A stretch of DNA of 64,000 bases from the sequence record OM386667.1, one strand, 5' to 3'. Within the stretch, counting starts at the first letter, position 1. Every line of letters starts with the position of its first letter. Made by a program: the position numbers and the translations under genes. Of this stretch, positions 38,516 to 48,455 are shown one piece after another. The stretch is from Escherichia phage vB_EcoM_REC. The notes below the pieces were generated by a model, which worked only from the letters and a program-made list of their open reading frames with translations, searched no databases and was not told the origin of the DNA.

Positions 38516-38726
38516 TGATACGCTCCACAGTTACTTTAACAATATCGTCCATATTAATCTCATCTCCCAAGACTTCAATAACACCTTCCTCATAAAGTCG
38601 AGCACATTCTTCCCATACTTCTGCTTCCGTCATTCCACCTTCAATCTTATTTGCAAGACCTTTAATAACATCTTCATTTTGTTCATCAATAAGAATTGAA
38701 ACATTAAAGCTCACTAGTTTACGCAT
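38508..38726 (-). CDS. hypothetical protein
   Basis: 72 aa acidic protein with AAGGAG RBS. Confidence 0.4.
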   Translation of the reverse strand: MRKLVSFNVSILIDEQNEDVIKGLANKIEGGMTEAEVWEECARLYEEGVIEVLGDEINMDDIVKVTVERIND

Positions 38727-38736
38727 TGTTTTCTCC

Positions 38737-38904
38737 TTATACCTCTAAACGGAAAGTTTCTTTAGATACAAAATCGTATCCACCTTTTTCAAGCCAGTCA
38801 TTGTAAACCTCATCAGCTTGAGACTCTATCATAAAATACCGAGTGGTAATTTCGTCTCCGACAATACGCACAATTTTATAGCAAATCATGATACCATTTC
38901 CCAT
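38737..38904 (-). CDS. small hypothetical protein (about 55 aa, below ORF-track cutoff)
   Basis: ATG at 38904 preceded by GGAGGAAG RBS; TAA at 38737-38739; translation MGNGIMICYKIVRIVGDEITTRYF... Confidence 0.3.
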   Translation of the reverse strand: MGNGIMICYKIVRIVGDEITTRYFMIESQADEVYNDWLEKGGYDFVSKETFRLEV

Positions 38905-39095
38905 TAATCTTCCTCCAGATCAATTTCATTATAGCAATGTATGCAGTAGCCATCGTTGTGCATATGTTGTTCATAAGACATATCTTTACCACAAGACCAA
39001 CAACGAATATCGCCATCGTCCCATTCACGTTCTTCTTCGCCTTCAAATGCATCTGGTAGGTAAGGCATACCAAGACAATCTAAATCGTAATGCAT
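38904..39095 (-). CDS. small Cys-rich (zinc-ribbon-like) protein
   Basis: ORF 38904-39179 trimmed to the ATG at 39095, which has an AGGAGG RBS; motifs CWSCG...CIHC. Confidence 0.35.
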   Translation of the reverse strand: MHYDLDCLGMPYLPDAFEGEEEREWDDGDIRCWSCGKDMSYEQHMHNDGYCIHCYNEIDLEED

Positions 39096-39108
39096 ATCTC
39101 CTCCTATA

Positions 39109-39126
39109 AAGGGGCAGAAGCCCCTT
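39109..39126 (-). terminator. stem-loop downstream of DNA polymerase gene
   Basis: Stem AAGGGGC/GCCCCTT with 4-nt loop; weak U-tract. Confidence 0.35.
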
Positions 39127-39144
39127 ATAAAACAATATGTTAGA

Positions 39145-42100
39145 TCAATGACAGGATGCCCAGGAATTACCCACGTCATATCCGGCAGTAAGCTGAACGT
39201 TAAGATTGTAAAATTCTCCAGCCTTAGTAACAGCTAAAGCAGCAAGTTCACCTGCCCGACTATAAGCTGTAAACCATCCACCTTTGGGAGATTCATGAAT
39301 GTTAGCCCAAATTTGCCCTGTCTCTTTTTCCTTATTATGCTTCCATTCTTCAACTTTAGCAAGGCATTCTTTATCAATTTTCTTTTGTTCTTCAGGATCG
39401 TCTACTTTCTTCCAACCTAATGATTCAGGTGAAAACCATTTGAATTCTACAAGGTTACGAGAAACTTCAAGCTGGGCTTCATCGTGGTATGCAATCATTT
39501 GTTGCACGAAGTCTTTATTCTTCCAGTCATCTTTAAAGAAGTCAACACTTAGTCCTTCTTCTTCGATCATATCGTCATAAATAACCATTGCACGTTTAGC
39601 ACAGATAACCCCACCACTTTGGAACAGAGAGTTAAGAATCGCGTGAGCAGAACGAGTAGGAACCTTACGACCGTCAATACCCAAAACATACTGTTTACCA
39701 GTCTTAACCCAGAAATCGTTTAAACGTTCTTTAAGACGCGCCAGTGGGAATGCAGCTTCCCAGAAAGCATCGAACACCAGTTGCCCTGTAAACTTATCGC
39801 TACCAATTGTTTTAGCAACCTTGTCGGCTTGTGCACCATAGGTAATACCATACTTAACAGATTTAGCAGGACTACGTTCAAATTTACGTCCAATAGTTTC
39901 AGTGATACGTTTTGCCATCATGGTATGAACATCGTTAGGCTTCTCTAACAAGAGAGCGTTACAGTATTCATGAGGCTCCGGTTCGTAGCGCCAACAGTTT
40001 CCTGTGATGGTAATGCAGTCTTTCTGACGCATGACCCACGTACCAAGTTCTGTTTGTGGACACCAAACATCCTCTACACCCCACTCTTCAATAGTCAAAC
40101 TTTGAACAGGAATGTGAGAGCGGTTAGCCAATGTTACCACTTTTACTTTCTGCTCTTTTGTATTGAAAGCTACAGAGATATTGCCTCCATGCACCAGGTA
40201 CGAGGCAGTTAAAGCTGCTTCAAAAAGTTCACCTGGGTTCTGCGCCCAACGCCAAACAGGTTTTTGTTTATGTTCATGCCAGTAACCATCTGCAATCAAG
40301 AAACCTTCCAAGAAAGCTACACGCTCGGCATGAGACATATTAACTACACGCTCTACCCACGGAACATCCCATTTACCTTGTTGAACAGAAGTTAAACTAT
40401 TTACCTGATCTTGTTCCATGTTAAATGGAGCATTACAAATAATATTATCTCCTGTGCAAAGCTCGGCAGTTGTTCTGACTTTAGGCACATAAGTATTCCC
40501 TTTACTACGGGTATTAACATACCAACGGTGATCTGCTGTTGCACGGTAAGTGTGTGATTTCCCTTTAATCTCAAACGTCTTACTATTTTTATAGAAGACC
40601 TTACCTTTTACTTTAGTCCATTCTTTCAGACCTGTTTCAGCATTGTACCCTAAAATCTCATCCCCTTCCTTCAGGTCGTGATATCCTACCCAACCTTTAC
40701 GAGTCAAAGCTTGAGCATCCATCGGCACACAGTAATGTGATTCAATTTTTGCTTCCAAAGAGTCGAAGTCGTAGCCGATCTGGAAGTATTTAGGAACCTC
40801 TACACCAAACAAGTTACGCATCTCCCATCCAAACAAAGATGTGACACGAGGAATATTAGCTACAGATCTATGTTTCATACGAGAGGTTGCAGCATCACAT
40901 GTAGCGGCTGGTGTAGGAATACGCCCATCCGCCCTTACTGCGGCTAAGAAACCTTTATCGTATTCTTGATCTTCTTCATCTTCTTCCCAATCAGCACCGC
41001 CACCTAAAATAGAGTTCCTACGATGCTTATACGTTAAGTATTCTACAATCTGTGTAGCATAAGGAAATTTCTCACCCAAAGCTTGCAGGTTAGGACAAAT
41101 TTCTTTTTCCTGACCTTTGGTAAAACATGGGTTAGTCAATACTTTAAGACCGCGACCTTTACCTTTTGCTATACGCTCTTGAATCTTCCTTTCCAAAGTT
41201 TCCGGTGTGCACTCCAGATGATCACAACGATCCTGACAAAAATTAGAAGATAGAGTTTGCTCAACGTAAGCTCTAATACCTTTCTGAAGTTCTTCCTCGC
41301 TCTTTTTAATTTTGGTGCCAGATTTAAGCGTCAAGTCTTTATCTTTATATTCAGACGGTACCCAACCTAATCCTACGAGCCAGTTTTTAATATGGGTTGT
41401 ATCGTTCAATGTTGCAGGGATGTTAGGATCACATAGAGGCTCATCTGCTGCAACTGGCAGTTTCCACTCTTTCCCCCACATAACTAACCACCAATCGCCA
41501 TCCCTCTCTTCCAAATGACCATCATGTTTCTTAGCAAAATTGATCATATGGTTAGTTGGCTCTAAGTTCTTTTTAATTTGCAACTTAGGTGGAATAAAAG
41601 CCTTAAGATAACCTTTTGTTGCTGGTTTAGGTGGCAAAATAGGCTCAACGAGTAAACGAAGACGCTCCATTTCTGCATCCAAAAAAGCAAGGTTCTCTTC
41701 TGCTTGCTTCATGTTAAAAGCAAACCCACGGTGTTCCTGGCGTGTAATAATGTCTGCTACACGTTGTTCAAGTTCAAATGGACCTTCCCATTTATCATAA
41801 TCGCCCCATTCTTCCATAAGGTAATTATATACGCTCGTATTGGCTTTGTTGTCATAGATACAGTAATAAAGCATATCCGCAGCAAAAGTCTTAAATCGAT
41901 CTTCTTCTGGAATCTCTTTACGGAAATCTATTTTTACATCACCACCTGCTTTTCGAGAAAGTGCTGCCAAGCTATGTCCTGATTTGCCCTCAATCTTTCG
42001 ATCTGGGTTTAACACTTTACTCAAAATCAAGGAGTCAATAAGTTTTACCTTATTTTTGCCCCACGTATTATATTTAACACTGTAATCTAATCCATAAAAC

Positions 42101-42477
42101 AGTTTTGTAGCCAACCAGTCGTAGTTGATACCGTTGTGAGCCACAGCCATTTCAACCAGATATTCAGGCTTGTCTTTAAAATAACCTTCATGATTAATAA
42201 AATCTGGGAAATCTTTTAGTTGAAAATGTGTGTAATCTTGCGCCACATACTCTTTAAGAACATATGTGTATTTACCATCTGACTCTTCATAAGGACGCCC
42301 ATCAAAGATGTATTTAGGGCCATCGTGGAAAGCTACTATTTCTCCTGTTTCATGGTTCTCTAAGACAATACAGTGCATTTGAAATGTGTCTTTGAGACGA
42401 TAAGGACTAGCTAAATAATCAATAGTGTCATTATTCAACAATCCGTTTGCTTCAATATCCCATGTAAACTTACTCAC
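39145..42477 (-). CDS. family-A DNA polymerase with 3'-5' exonuclease domain, interrupted by an intein-like element
   Basis: 1110 aa; exonuclease motif DIEANGL; motif A-like YDFDSLEAKIESHY; motif B-like KSVKYGITYGAQ; motif C-like HDEAQLEV; about 245 aa insertion after motif A. Confidence 0.85.
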   Translation of the reverse strand: MSKFTWDIEANGLLNNDTIDYLASPYRLKDTFQMHCIVLENHETGEIVAFHDGPKYIFDGRPYEESDGKYTYVLKEYVAQDYTHFQLKDFPDFINHEGYFKDKPEYLVEMAVAHNGINYDWLATKLFYGLDYSVKYNTWGKNKVKLIDSLILSKVLNPDRKIEGKSGHSLAALSRKAGGDVKIDFRKEIPEEDRFKTFAADMLYYCIYDNKANTSVYNYLMEEWGDYDKWEGPFELEQRVADIITRQEHRGFAFNMKQAEENLAFLDAEMERLRLLVEPILPPKPATKGYLKAFIPPKLQIKKNLEPTNHMINFAKKHDGHLEERDGDWWLVMWGKEWKLPVAADEPLCDPNIPATLNDTTHIKNWLVGLGWVPSEYKDKDLTLKSGTKIKKSEEELQKGIRAYVEQTLSSNFCQDRCDHLECTPETLERKIQERIAKGKGRGLKVLTNPCFTKGQEKEICPNLQALGEKFPYATQIVEYLTYKHRRNSILGGGADWEEDEEDQEYDKGFLAAVRADGRIPTPAATCDAATSRMKHRSVANIPRVTSLFGWEMRNLFGVEVPKYFQIGYDFDSLEAKIESHYCVPMDAQALTRKGWVGYHDLKEGDEILGYNAETGLKEWTKVKGKVFYKNSKTFEIKGKSHTYRATADHRWYVNTRSKGNTYVPKVRTTAELCTGDNIICNAPFNMEQDQVNSLTSVQQGKWDVPWVERVVNMSHAERVAFLEGFLIADGYWHEHKQKPVWRWAQNPGELFEAALTASYLVHGGNISVAFNTKEQKVKVVTLANRSHIPVQSLTIEEWGVEDVWCPQTELGTWVMRQKDCITITGNCWRYEPEPHEYCNALLLEKPNDVHTMMAKRITETIGRKFERSPAKSVKYGITYGAQADKVAKTIGSDKFTGQLVFDAFWEAAFPLARLKERLNDFWVKTGKQYVLGIDGRKVPTRSAHAILNSLFQSGGVICAKRAMVIYDDMIEEEGLSVDFFKDDWKNKDFVQQMIAYHDEAQLEVSRNLVEFKWFSPESLGWKKVDDPEEQKKIDKECLAKVEEWKHNKEKETGQIWANIHESPKGGWFTAYSRAGELAALAVTKAGEFYNLNVQLTAGYDVGNSWASCH
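39997..40731 (-). other. intein-like (Hint domain) insertion within DNA polymerase
   Basis: Starts with Cys after ESHY; TxxDH block (TADHRW); LAGLIDADG-like LEGFLIADGYW; ends ...ITITGN followed by Cys (CWRY). Confidence 0.55.
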
Positions 42478-43271
42478 TATTCCTCCTTTCTAATGTTCTC
42501 CAGAACCCACTGAAGTTCTTTTAAACTTAAACTTCTTACTCCCGCAGTTTTACTAGCTTCAGCTTTAAGTAACGGGTAAGCCTCAATGATACGCGTTTTA
42601 AGATCAGAAGTCAAGGCTTTTAAAAAATAGGTAGATGCTTCAGATAAAGAATCTTCTTCTGATAACACTCTACCTGCACTTGCTCCCGCTCTCCTAACAG
42701 CTATATCGTAGTCTTTACTGTTACCTAATACGAATAGTCGATTCTCTCCTAAAACAACGGGAGAACGCTTCTCGTTGCGTTTAATCCATACCTGGAATAC
42801 ACAAGGAACATCCCAAGGTTCTCCATGAAGAATAAAAGATCCTTTTGGACATTCTTCTTCGTAAAGAAGATGCATATGGGGATTTAGTTTGTGTGCAAAA
42901 AAGATTTTTTGAAATGTGCGAGGCAAGATAAAACAAATACCACCTTCGTTATCCAGCATTTCAGCACAATGGTTAAAGAATTTAATGGCAAGACTAGCAT
43001 TTTTTCCAAATGGAGGATTACCGACAAAAGCAGTTACACTACCAACAGACTCAACAGATTGAGCTAAAAAATCTGCCTCAATACAATCTTCAAACTTAGG
43101 GTCAATATCAAAAGAAGTTATGTTTTTAAAACAAGAAGAGAAAGCTCCTTCTCCCGCAGATGGTTCTACGTAGTTAGCTTCCTCTCCAAAAATTTCTTTG
43201 ATCTTATCACATAAGAACCCCGCATAAGCGGGGTTAGTGTAATATTGATCAAGTGTGTTCAACTTGCTCAA
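42477..43271 (-). CDS. putative N6-adenine DNA methyltransferase
   Basis: 264 aa; motifs DQYYTNP, EPSAGEGAF (AdoMet-binding) and GNPPFG (catalytic NPPF). Confidence 0.55.
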   Translation of the reverse strand: MSKLNTLDQYYTNPAYAGFLCDKIKEIFGEEANYVEPSAGEGAFSSCFKNITSFDIDPKFEDCIEADFLAQSVESVGSVTAFVGNPPFGKNASLAIKFFNHCAEMLDNEGGICFILPRTFQKIFFAHKLNPHMHLLYEEECPKGSFILHGEPWDVPCVFQVWIKRNEKRSPVVLGENRLFVLGNSKDYDIAVRRAGASAGRVLSEEDSLSEASTYFLKALTSDLKTRIIEAYPLLKAEASKTAGVRSLSLKELQWVLENIRKEE

Positions 43272-43280
43272 TAGTCCTCC

Positions 43281-43712
43281 TTAGTTGTTAGCGAACTCAA
43301 TAGTGAGGTCAACTTTACCATCATCAGAAATAACCATGTTTTTAGTATTTTTAAAGATGATATCTACTTTACCTTCACTTACACGACAGAATGCAACACC
43401 ATCTGCAACTTTATCGATATAATATTTGTAAGAAAGAATACCCACTTTACTACGACCAGCACCTTTTGTGAAAGAAGGGCTTACATCGAAACGGAAACCT
43501 TTAGAAGAAACAACACGGTAAGAACGTCCAGTTGGGATATGTTCAATAACAGAAACATTGTTCTCAACAACTTTTACAGCAAACTCTTCAGGATGATCCT
43601 CAACAATCATATGTGGGATGGCAAATGCCAACGCTTGTTTGTGTTTAATAACACCAGCACCCAGAGCACCAGCAGCTTTAACTTTTGCATTCAGATCGAT
43701 TGTCATACGCAT
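43281..43712 (-). CDS. hypothetical protein
   Basis: 143 aa, RBS GAGGAG, own promoter candidate upstream. Confidence 0.45.
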   Translation of the reverse strand: MRMTIDLNAKVKAAGALGAGVIKHKQALAFAIPHMIVEDHPEEFAVKVVENNVSVIEHIPTGRSYRVVSSKGFRFDVSPSFTKGAGRSKVGILSYKYYIDKVADGVAFCRVSEGKVDIIFKNTKNMVISDDGKVDLTIEFANN

Positions 43713-43746
43713 TTTTTACTTCTCCTCTTGTTTGGTTGATGAGACA

Positions 43747-43775
43747 AGTATAAGCCTCTGCCGTAAAGTTGTCAA
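43747..43775 (-). promoter_or_regulatory. sigma70-like promoter candidate on minus strand (TTGACA, 17 nt spacer, TATACT)
   Basis: Reverse complement of 43747-43775 reads TTGACA...TATACT. Confidence 0.45.
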
Positions 43776-43791
43776 CAGGTATTTTTAATAA

Positions 43792-43807
43792 AAGGGCCGA
43801 AGCCCTT
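43792..43807 (-). terminator. rho-independent terminator after primase-helicase gene
   Basis: Stem AAGGGC/GCCCTT with loop; minus-strand reading followed by TTATTAAAAA. Confidence 0.5.
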
Positions 43808-45584
43808 AATAGTTGCTATCCGTAGGCAAATTAGCAGGATTGTTGAAATACTGCTCTTTGTCATGCAGAGTTGCAGTTCTAATGTCATAGTAAAACTGCC
43901 CTGCCGGACCAGTTTCCGAGAACTCACGGTTTTTTAGGATAAAGCAATGAGTCGTATTGCGTTCTACAGGGTCTTCAGCGGCTTTATCTCGTTCCAAAGC
44001 CAAGGTAATACCAGCACCTTTAGCCAAGAAACTACTACCCATTGCATCGTCCTCTGTTAAGTGTTCATTGCCACCATTAGCCGATTTCTTAACGTGTGAG
44101 ATGACGATAATAGTTATAGCATACTCTTTCATAATGCGCTTCAACCATGTTGCTAACTCTTCTTGGGCTTGAACATCCATACCAGAAAGCAAATCAGAAT
44201 AAGGGTCGATAACAAGAATTGTTACTCCAAAATAGATGATCATCTCCAAAACTTTTTCTTTGATAGACTCCACATCTGCTCCACGATCATCACATACATA
44301 AAAACGTGGTGATCCATCTTCTCTTTCGTAAAAATCTAGGATTTTTTCTTTATTCTCTTCCAAGATTTGAAATTTCTCTTCCGGTGTTTTCCTGTGTAGA
44401 GGAATATGCAGGAACGAGGACAACAGGTTACGAGAATATTTCTTATAAGTTGCTTCCAAGGACAGGATACCTAGGGTATGTTCTGGGTGCGCAACAATAA
44501 TATGTTTGGTGATCTCGTTCACCATCAAAGTTTTACCGATACTGGTCTTTGCCAGGATGACTGTAATCTCTTCCTCTACTAAACCACCACCCAGCATGTT
44601 TGCAGCTACACGCATAAAAGGAGGCAAGGTAATCATCTTGGATTCCAAGCATTCTAATGCAGCTTCATACAAGACATTAGAAGCATAAACACCTGCTGGG
44701 GTGTATAGACGAGCACTCCAAAAAGCTTTTACGAAATCTTTTGCACGACCTTCTTCCAGATACTGATTGGCATCCTTAAGATCCATCTGCATACGGTAGA
44801 CTTTGTTACGAGGCAGCACCTTAACAATATTTTCAAATGCCTCATTACCTGCTTTATCATTATCCATGCAAACAATAATCTTCTTAAATTTTTCAAAGAA
44901 AGGATATTGTGCCTGAACTTGTTTATACATACTGGTTTCACCAGTTGTGCCACTAACTACTGCTGGAAGTTCATACTTGTTGTCCAAGTTTTCAGATAGC
45001 ATTTGATAAGCTGCCAGAGCATCGTGTTCACCACCTGTAATTACCACAGTATGAGAACGGTCTGCAAAACGAATTTGTCCAAAAAGATCTACATCTTTAC
45101 CTACTTGACCAATAGGTTTACTGAAATCTTTAGGATGAATACGACGCTTAAAACCAACCAATTCTTTACCGATAGTAGTCGGATATAAACAACTTTCTAC
45201 TACCATCTGATCCCCTTCCTGACGGTATTCATAACGAACACCATAGAAAGATGAAACTTTTTCTTTAATGCCTCGATAACCACGTGGGTTGGTTGATGTT
45301 TCTTGAACAATTTTACGATGAATCTGTTTATTAAATTCCGAACCCACAATCTCCTCCTCTTCTTCTAAAACTTCACCATTTTCTCGTAACCATTCTACGC
45401 TAGGAATAGTGTATTCACACGCAAAGCACTTAGCACCTTTATGCTCTCCATTAGAATCTAATCCATAAACCATCAGGTTATTACGAGAGCGATCCTTGCC
45501 ATTTTTCATGCAGCGCGGACAACCTGTATGCCCTTCCTTGCTAAGATCAACATCAAATCCATATTTAGTTATAATGTGCGACAC
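43806..45584 (-). CDS. DNA primase-helicase (T7 gp4-like bifunctional)
   Basis: 592 aa; N-terminal zinc ribbon CPRC...CFAC; TOPRIM-like VVITGGEHDALAAY; helicase Walker A AKTSIGKT and Walker B VIDPYSDLL. Confidence 0.8.
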   Translation of the reverse strand: MSHIITKYGFDVDLSKEGHTGCPRCMKNGKDRSRNNLMVYGLDSNGEHKGAKCFACEYTIPSVEWLRENGEVLEEEEEIVGSEFNKQIHRKIVQETSTNPRGYRGIKEKVSSFYGVRYEYRQEGDQMVVESCLYPTTIGKELVGFKRRIHPKDFSKPIGQVGKDVDLFGQIRFADRSHTVVITGGEHDALAAYQMLSENLDNKYELPAVVSGTTGETSMYKQVQAQYPFFEKFKKIIVCMDNDKAGNEAFENIVKVLPRNKVYRMQMDLKDANQYLEEGRAKDFVKAFWSARLYTPAGVYASNVLYEAALECLESKMITLPPFMRVAANMLGGGLVEEEITVILAKTSIGKTLMVNEITKHIIVAHPEHTLGILSLEATYKKYSRNLLSSFLHIPLHRKTPEEKFQILEENKEKILDFYEREDGSPRFYVCDDRGADVESIKEKVLEMIIYFGVTILVIDPYSDLLSGMDVQAQEELATWLKRIMKEYAITIIVISHVKKSANGGNEHLTEDDAMGSSFLAKGAGITLALERDKAAEDPVERNTTHCFILKNREFSETGPAGQFYYDIRTATLHDKEQYFNNPANLPTDSNY

Positions 45585-45596
45585 TTTGTTCTCCTG

Positions 45597-45875
45597 TTAA
45601 AATGGTTCGTTAGTCTCCATCATATATTCTGCTTCTAGTTCTTCCATATGCTTTCTAAATTGGAAAGCAATTTCTGCTACAGTTACATTTAAATCTTTTT
45701 CAAAAACTTCTGTAGAGCCTTCATAAAAACGAATACCGTCAATTAAAAGCCCTCCGTGGTAATCCCAATCACTTTCACGAGAAAGCGGGTTAGGCTCTTC
45801 ATAATAGTAATCCACCTCCACAACTAAGGCTTTCCCGTTACGAGTGATGTATTCAAAATCAAAAGTGTTAATCAT
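45597..45875 (-). CDS. hypothetical protein
   Basis: 92 aa, start overlaps upstream stop. Confidence 0.4.
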   Translation of the reverse strand: MINTFDFEYITRNGKALVVEVDYYYEEPNPLSRESDWDYHGGLLIDGIRFYEGSTEVFEKDLNVTVAEIAFQFRKHMEELEAEYMMETNEPF

Positions 45876-46819
45876 TATAGCTCCTCAAATAAAAGTCTAC
45901 GACGCTCATTCAACACATCAATGTGATAATGAGTCCTGACATACTTAGCTAATGCTAATCCTTTCTCCATGCAAACATCGGGAGCACTTAATAAGTATTC
46001 CGTAATATCTTTCCACTCGGAAGGTGTTTCAGCAAAGAATAACAAATCTTTAAACTCTTGTGTATGATAATTCTCACGAGGAGAACAGATCAAAGGTAAA
46101 CCCTTAGCACCTGCCTCAAGAATTTTAAGATTGCTTTTTGCATTATTAAACACGTTATCAATCAATGGCGCAAGACTGATTTGATGACCATCGTAAGATT
46201 CCATGTAGTTGGCATATGGTCTTACACCTTCATAAACACAAGTTGGTGCTACATTTTCTCTGATTACAGACCATTCACGACTACTTAAAACTTCAGAATC
46301 CCTACGAAAACCACATATTGTAAGATCTTTACCAAAATCGGGCAAGATAGCCAAATCTTGTTTATGTGTTTCACTTCCAGCCCAGACTAATGGAGTTTTG
46401 GAGTAGCGATCACGGGTCAACACAAATTGACCTTCATCATAAGGAAGTCCATTAGGGATTATGTGCACATTATCATTGTATTGTGAAAGTTCAACTTGCA
46501 AGGCAGGTGTCGTAGTTGTAACAAGATCACTGTGCTCTAAAAACCATTTTAAATGTTCACGAATACCTGATTCAAAAATACCTTCTAACATGTGTCCTTT
46601 TGGAATAACTAAAGAGTCATCCAAATCCATAACCATTTTAAAGCCTAGGTTTTTAAGGGCTAAAAAGCCCTCTTTACCTTTTGTTGGCACTCCGTTAAAA
46701 ACGAAAACGTTGTATTTAGGTTGTGAAGAGAACTGCCTTGAGTAAGGCAGCACTACCCTATGGAAATCGCAGACACTATAATTGATTCCGTTACGATTGT
46801 CAAGAATTATTTGTCCCAT
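45875..46819 (-). CDS. putative glycosyltransferase (GT-B-like), paralog 1
   Basis: 314 aa; C-terminal KILEAGAKGLPLICS motif; clear paralog of the adjacent gene. Confidence 0.4.
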   Translation of the reverse strand: MGQIILDNRNGINYSVCDFHRVVLPYSRQFSSQPKYNVFVFNGVPTKGKEGFLALKNLGFKMVMDLDDSLVIPKGHMLEGIFESGIREHLKWFLEHSDLVTTTTPALQVELSQYNDNVHIIPNGLPYDEGQFVLTRDRYSKTPLVWAGSETHKQDLAILPDFGKDLTICGFRRDSEVLSSREWSVIRENVAPTCVYEGVRPYANYMESYDGHQISLAPLIDNVFNNAKSNLKILEAGAKGLPLICSPRENYHTQEFKDLLFFAETPSEWKDITEYLLSAPDVCMEKGLALAKYVRTHYHIDVLNERRRLLFEEL

Positions 46820-46826
46820 ACTTCAC

Positions 46827-47813
46827 CTACAAACTTTCAATAACCTGGCGTCGCAACTCGTTTGCATCTGCCAGATTATAATGTGTTCGAACATGTTCAG
46901 CCAAGAACAAGCCACGATCTTCCCGATAGTTTGGATTGCGAAGAAGCTTAACAATTTCGTAATGCCATTCTGCTTTATTCTCTGCGTAAGCAACAGCGCG
47001 AGCATCTACAGGGTTAAAATAAGGTAATACCTTAGAACAAACAATCGGAATACCTTTTGCTCCAGCTTCCAGGATTTTGAGATTACTTTTACAATTATTA
47101 AAATCATTGTCTACCAAAGGAGCTATAGCAATAGCATGACTTTCGTAAACACTCATGTAATTATCTAAATCTTTTACAGCAGCTTTATATTTGGCATTTG
47201 GTAAATTTCTGCGAATCTTAATCCACTCTTGTCCCGTGATGCTTTGTGATGCTTCATATCCCGCAATAGTAAGAAGTTCATCATCGAAAGTATTAGAGAC
47301 TAGTCGTAAATCTGGTTCGTGACTAGCACCGCCAGCCCATACAACAGGGGTACCGGATGAACGATCATTTGACAAAGTGAATTGTCCGCTATCAAAAGGA
47401 AGTGCATTTCGGATCACAACGACATTTCTATTTAAGTGACGGATCTTATATGCCAAATATTCTGTAGTCACAATAACCACATCAGCAAGCTTAACCATAG
47501 CTACAATAGCATGAGTGTTTGACTCGTATAGACTTGCTAAATAATGCTCTGGATTAAGTTGGTAAAAATCATCTAAATCTACAACAACCTTAACACCTTG
47601 ACGTTTCAAAGATAAAACGTATTCTGCACCTTTAGAGTGGATACGGTTAAACACAACAATATCTTTCTTAGGTTGAAAATTATTGTTGTTAAATGGCATA
47701 ACAATACGATGATAGTCACAACCGCTATGAGGTTTTGCATCAATTTTTAGTTTAGACCATTTTTTATTTGACATGTGCCAGTGCCTCCTCATAGGAAATT
47801 CGGATTTTCCCAT
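46827..47813 (-). CDS. putative glycosyltransferase (GT-B-like), paralog 2
   Basis: 328 aa; KILEAGAKGIPIVCS; VVWAGGASHEPDL; aligns along its length with 45875-46819. Confidence 0.4.
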   Translation of the reverse strand: MGKSEFPMRRHWHMSNKKWSKLKIDAKPHSGCDYHRIVMPFNNNNFQPKKDIVVFNRIHSKGAEYVLSLKRQGVKVVVDLDDFYQLNPEHYLASLYESNTHAIVAMVKLADVVIVTTEYLAYKIRHLNRNVVVIRNALPFDSGQFTLSNDRSSGTPVVWAGGASHEPDLRLVSNTFDDELLTIAGYEASQSITGQEWIKIRRNLPNAKYKAAVKDLDNYMSVYESHAIAIAPLVDNDFNNCKSNLKILEAGAKGIPIVCSKVLPYFNPVDARAVAYAENKAEWHYEIVKLLRNPNYREDRGLFLAEHVRTHYNLADANELRRQVIESL

Positions 47814-48447
47814 TTTTAATATCCTCTAAAGATGCTTTATATTCTTCCCAGTTAATCCCGATAGCAGCTTCTTTCTCTTCTTTTGTCAGATTAGCAAAAG
47901 GCATAGGGTTGTTTCCAAAAACATCGTCTGGGTGGATATAAGCCATGATACGAAGTGGACAAGGTGTTGCCTGAATACCATGATTCAAACCAGCAGCTTG
48001 CAAACGGTGTCCCCATTCAGCATCTTCAAAACCATAGCCGTGAGTGTAAGGACGGAAATAACCCATCTTCTCAACAACGGCACGAGAATACATTGCAAAT
48101 TGACACATTGCAAGTTCCCAGAGAATAACTTCTCCTTTGCTTCCAACAACTTTATCTTTGAAATACTCCGGCATACCAAAGAAATCCCATCCTCCAGAGA
48201 CAGCTTGATCTACAAAGTATGTTTCCCATCCCTCCATGACTGGGTAGCAATCGTCGTCAAAAATAAACCAATAATCATAACCTTCTTCATAAAACTGGTG
48301 CATAAGTTCATTCCTGGCATAAGCTACACCTTTACGATCTGGATCGTTGAATACTCGAAAATCTGCACGTGGATCTGTTACAAGGTAGTCTTTAAGTGGA
48401 CGGACACCTACAGTGATAACACCCACTCCAATTTTAATATTTTCCAT
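47764..48447 (-). CDS. putative glycosyltransferase (GT-A-like, DxD motif)
   Basis: 227 aa; YWFIFDDDCYP (DxD) and FGMPEYF; Rossmann-like N-terminus. Confidence 0.45.
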   Translation of the reverse strand: MENIKIGVGVITVGVRPLKDYLVTDPRADFRVFNDPDRKGVAYARNELMHQFYEEGYDYWFIFDDDCYPVMEGWETYFVDQAVSGGWDFFGMPEYFKDKVVGSKGEVILWELAMCQFAMYSRAVVEKMGYFRPYTHGYGFEDAEWGHRLQAAGLNHGIQATPCPLRIMAYIHPDDVFGNNPMPFANLTKEEKEAAIGINWEEYKASLEDIKNGKIRISYEEALAHVK

Positions 48448-48455
48448 TTTCTCTC

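Noticed and set aside
38876-39073. 65-aa minus-strand ORF
   Set aside because: Overlaps, in another frame, the better-supported small gene 38904-39095 that has an AGGAGG RBS.
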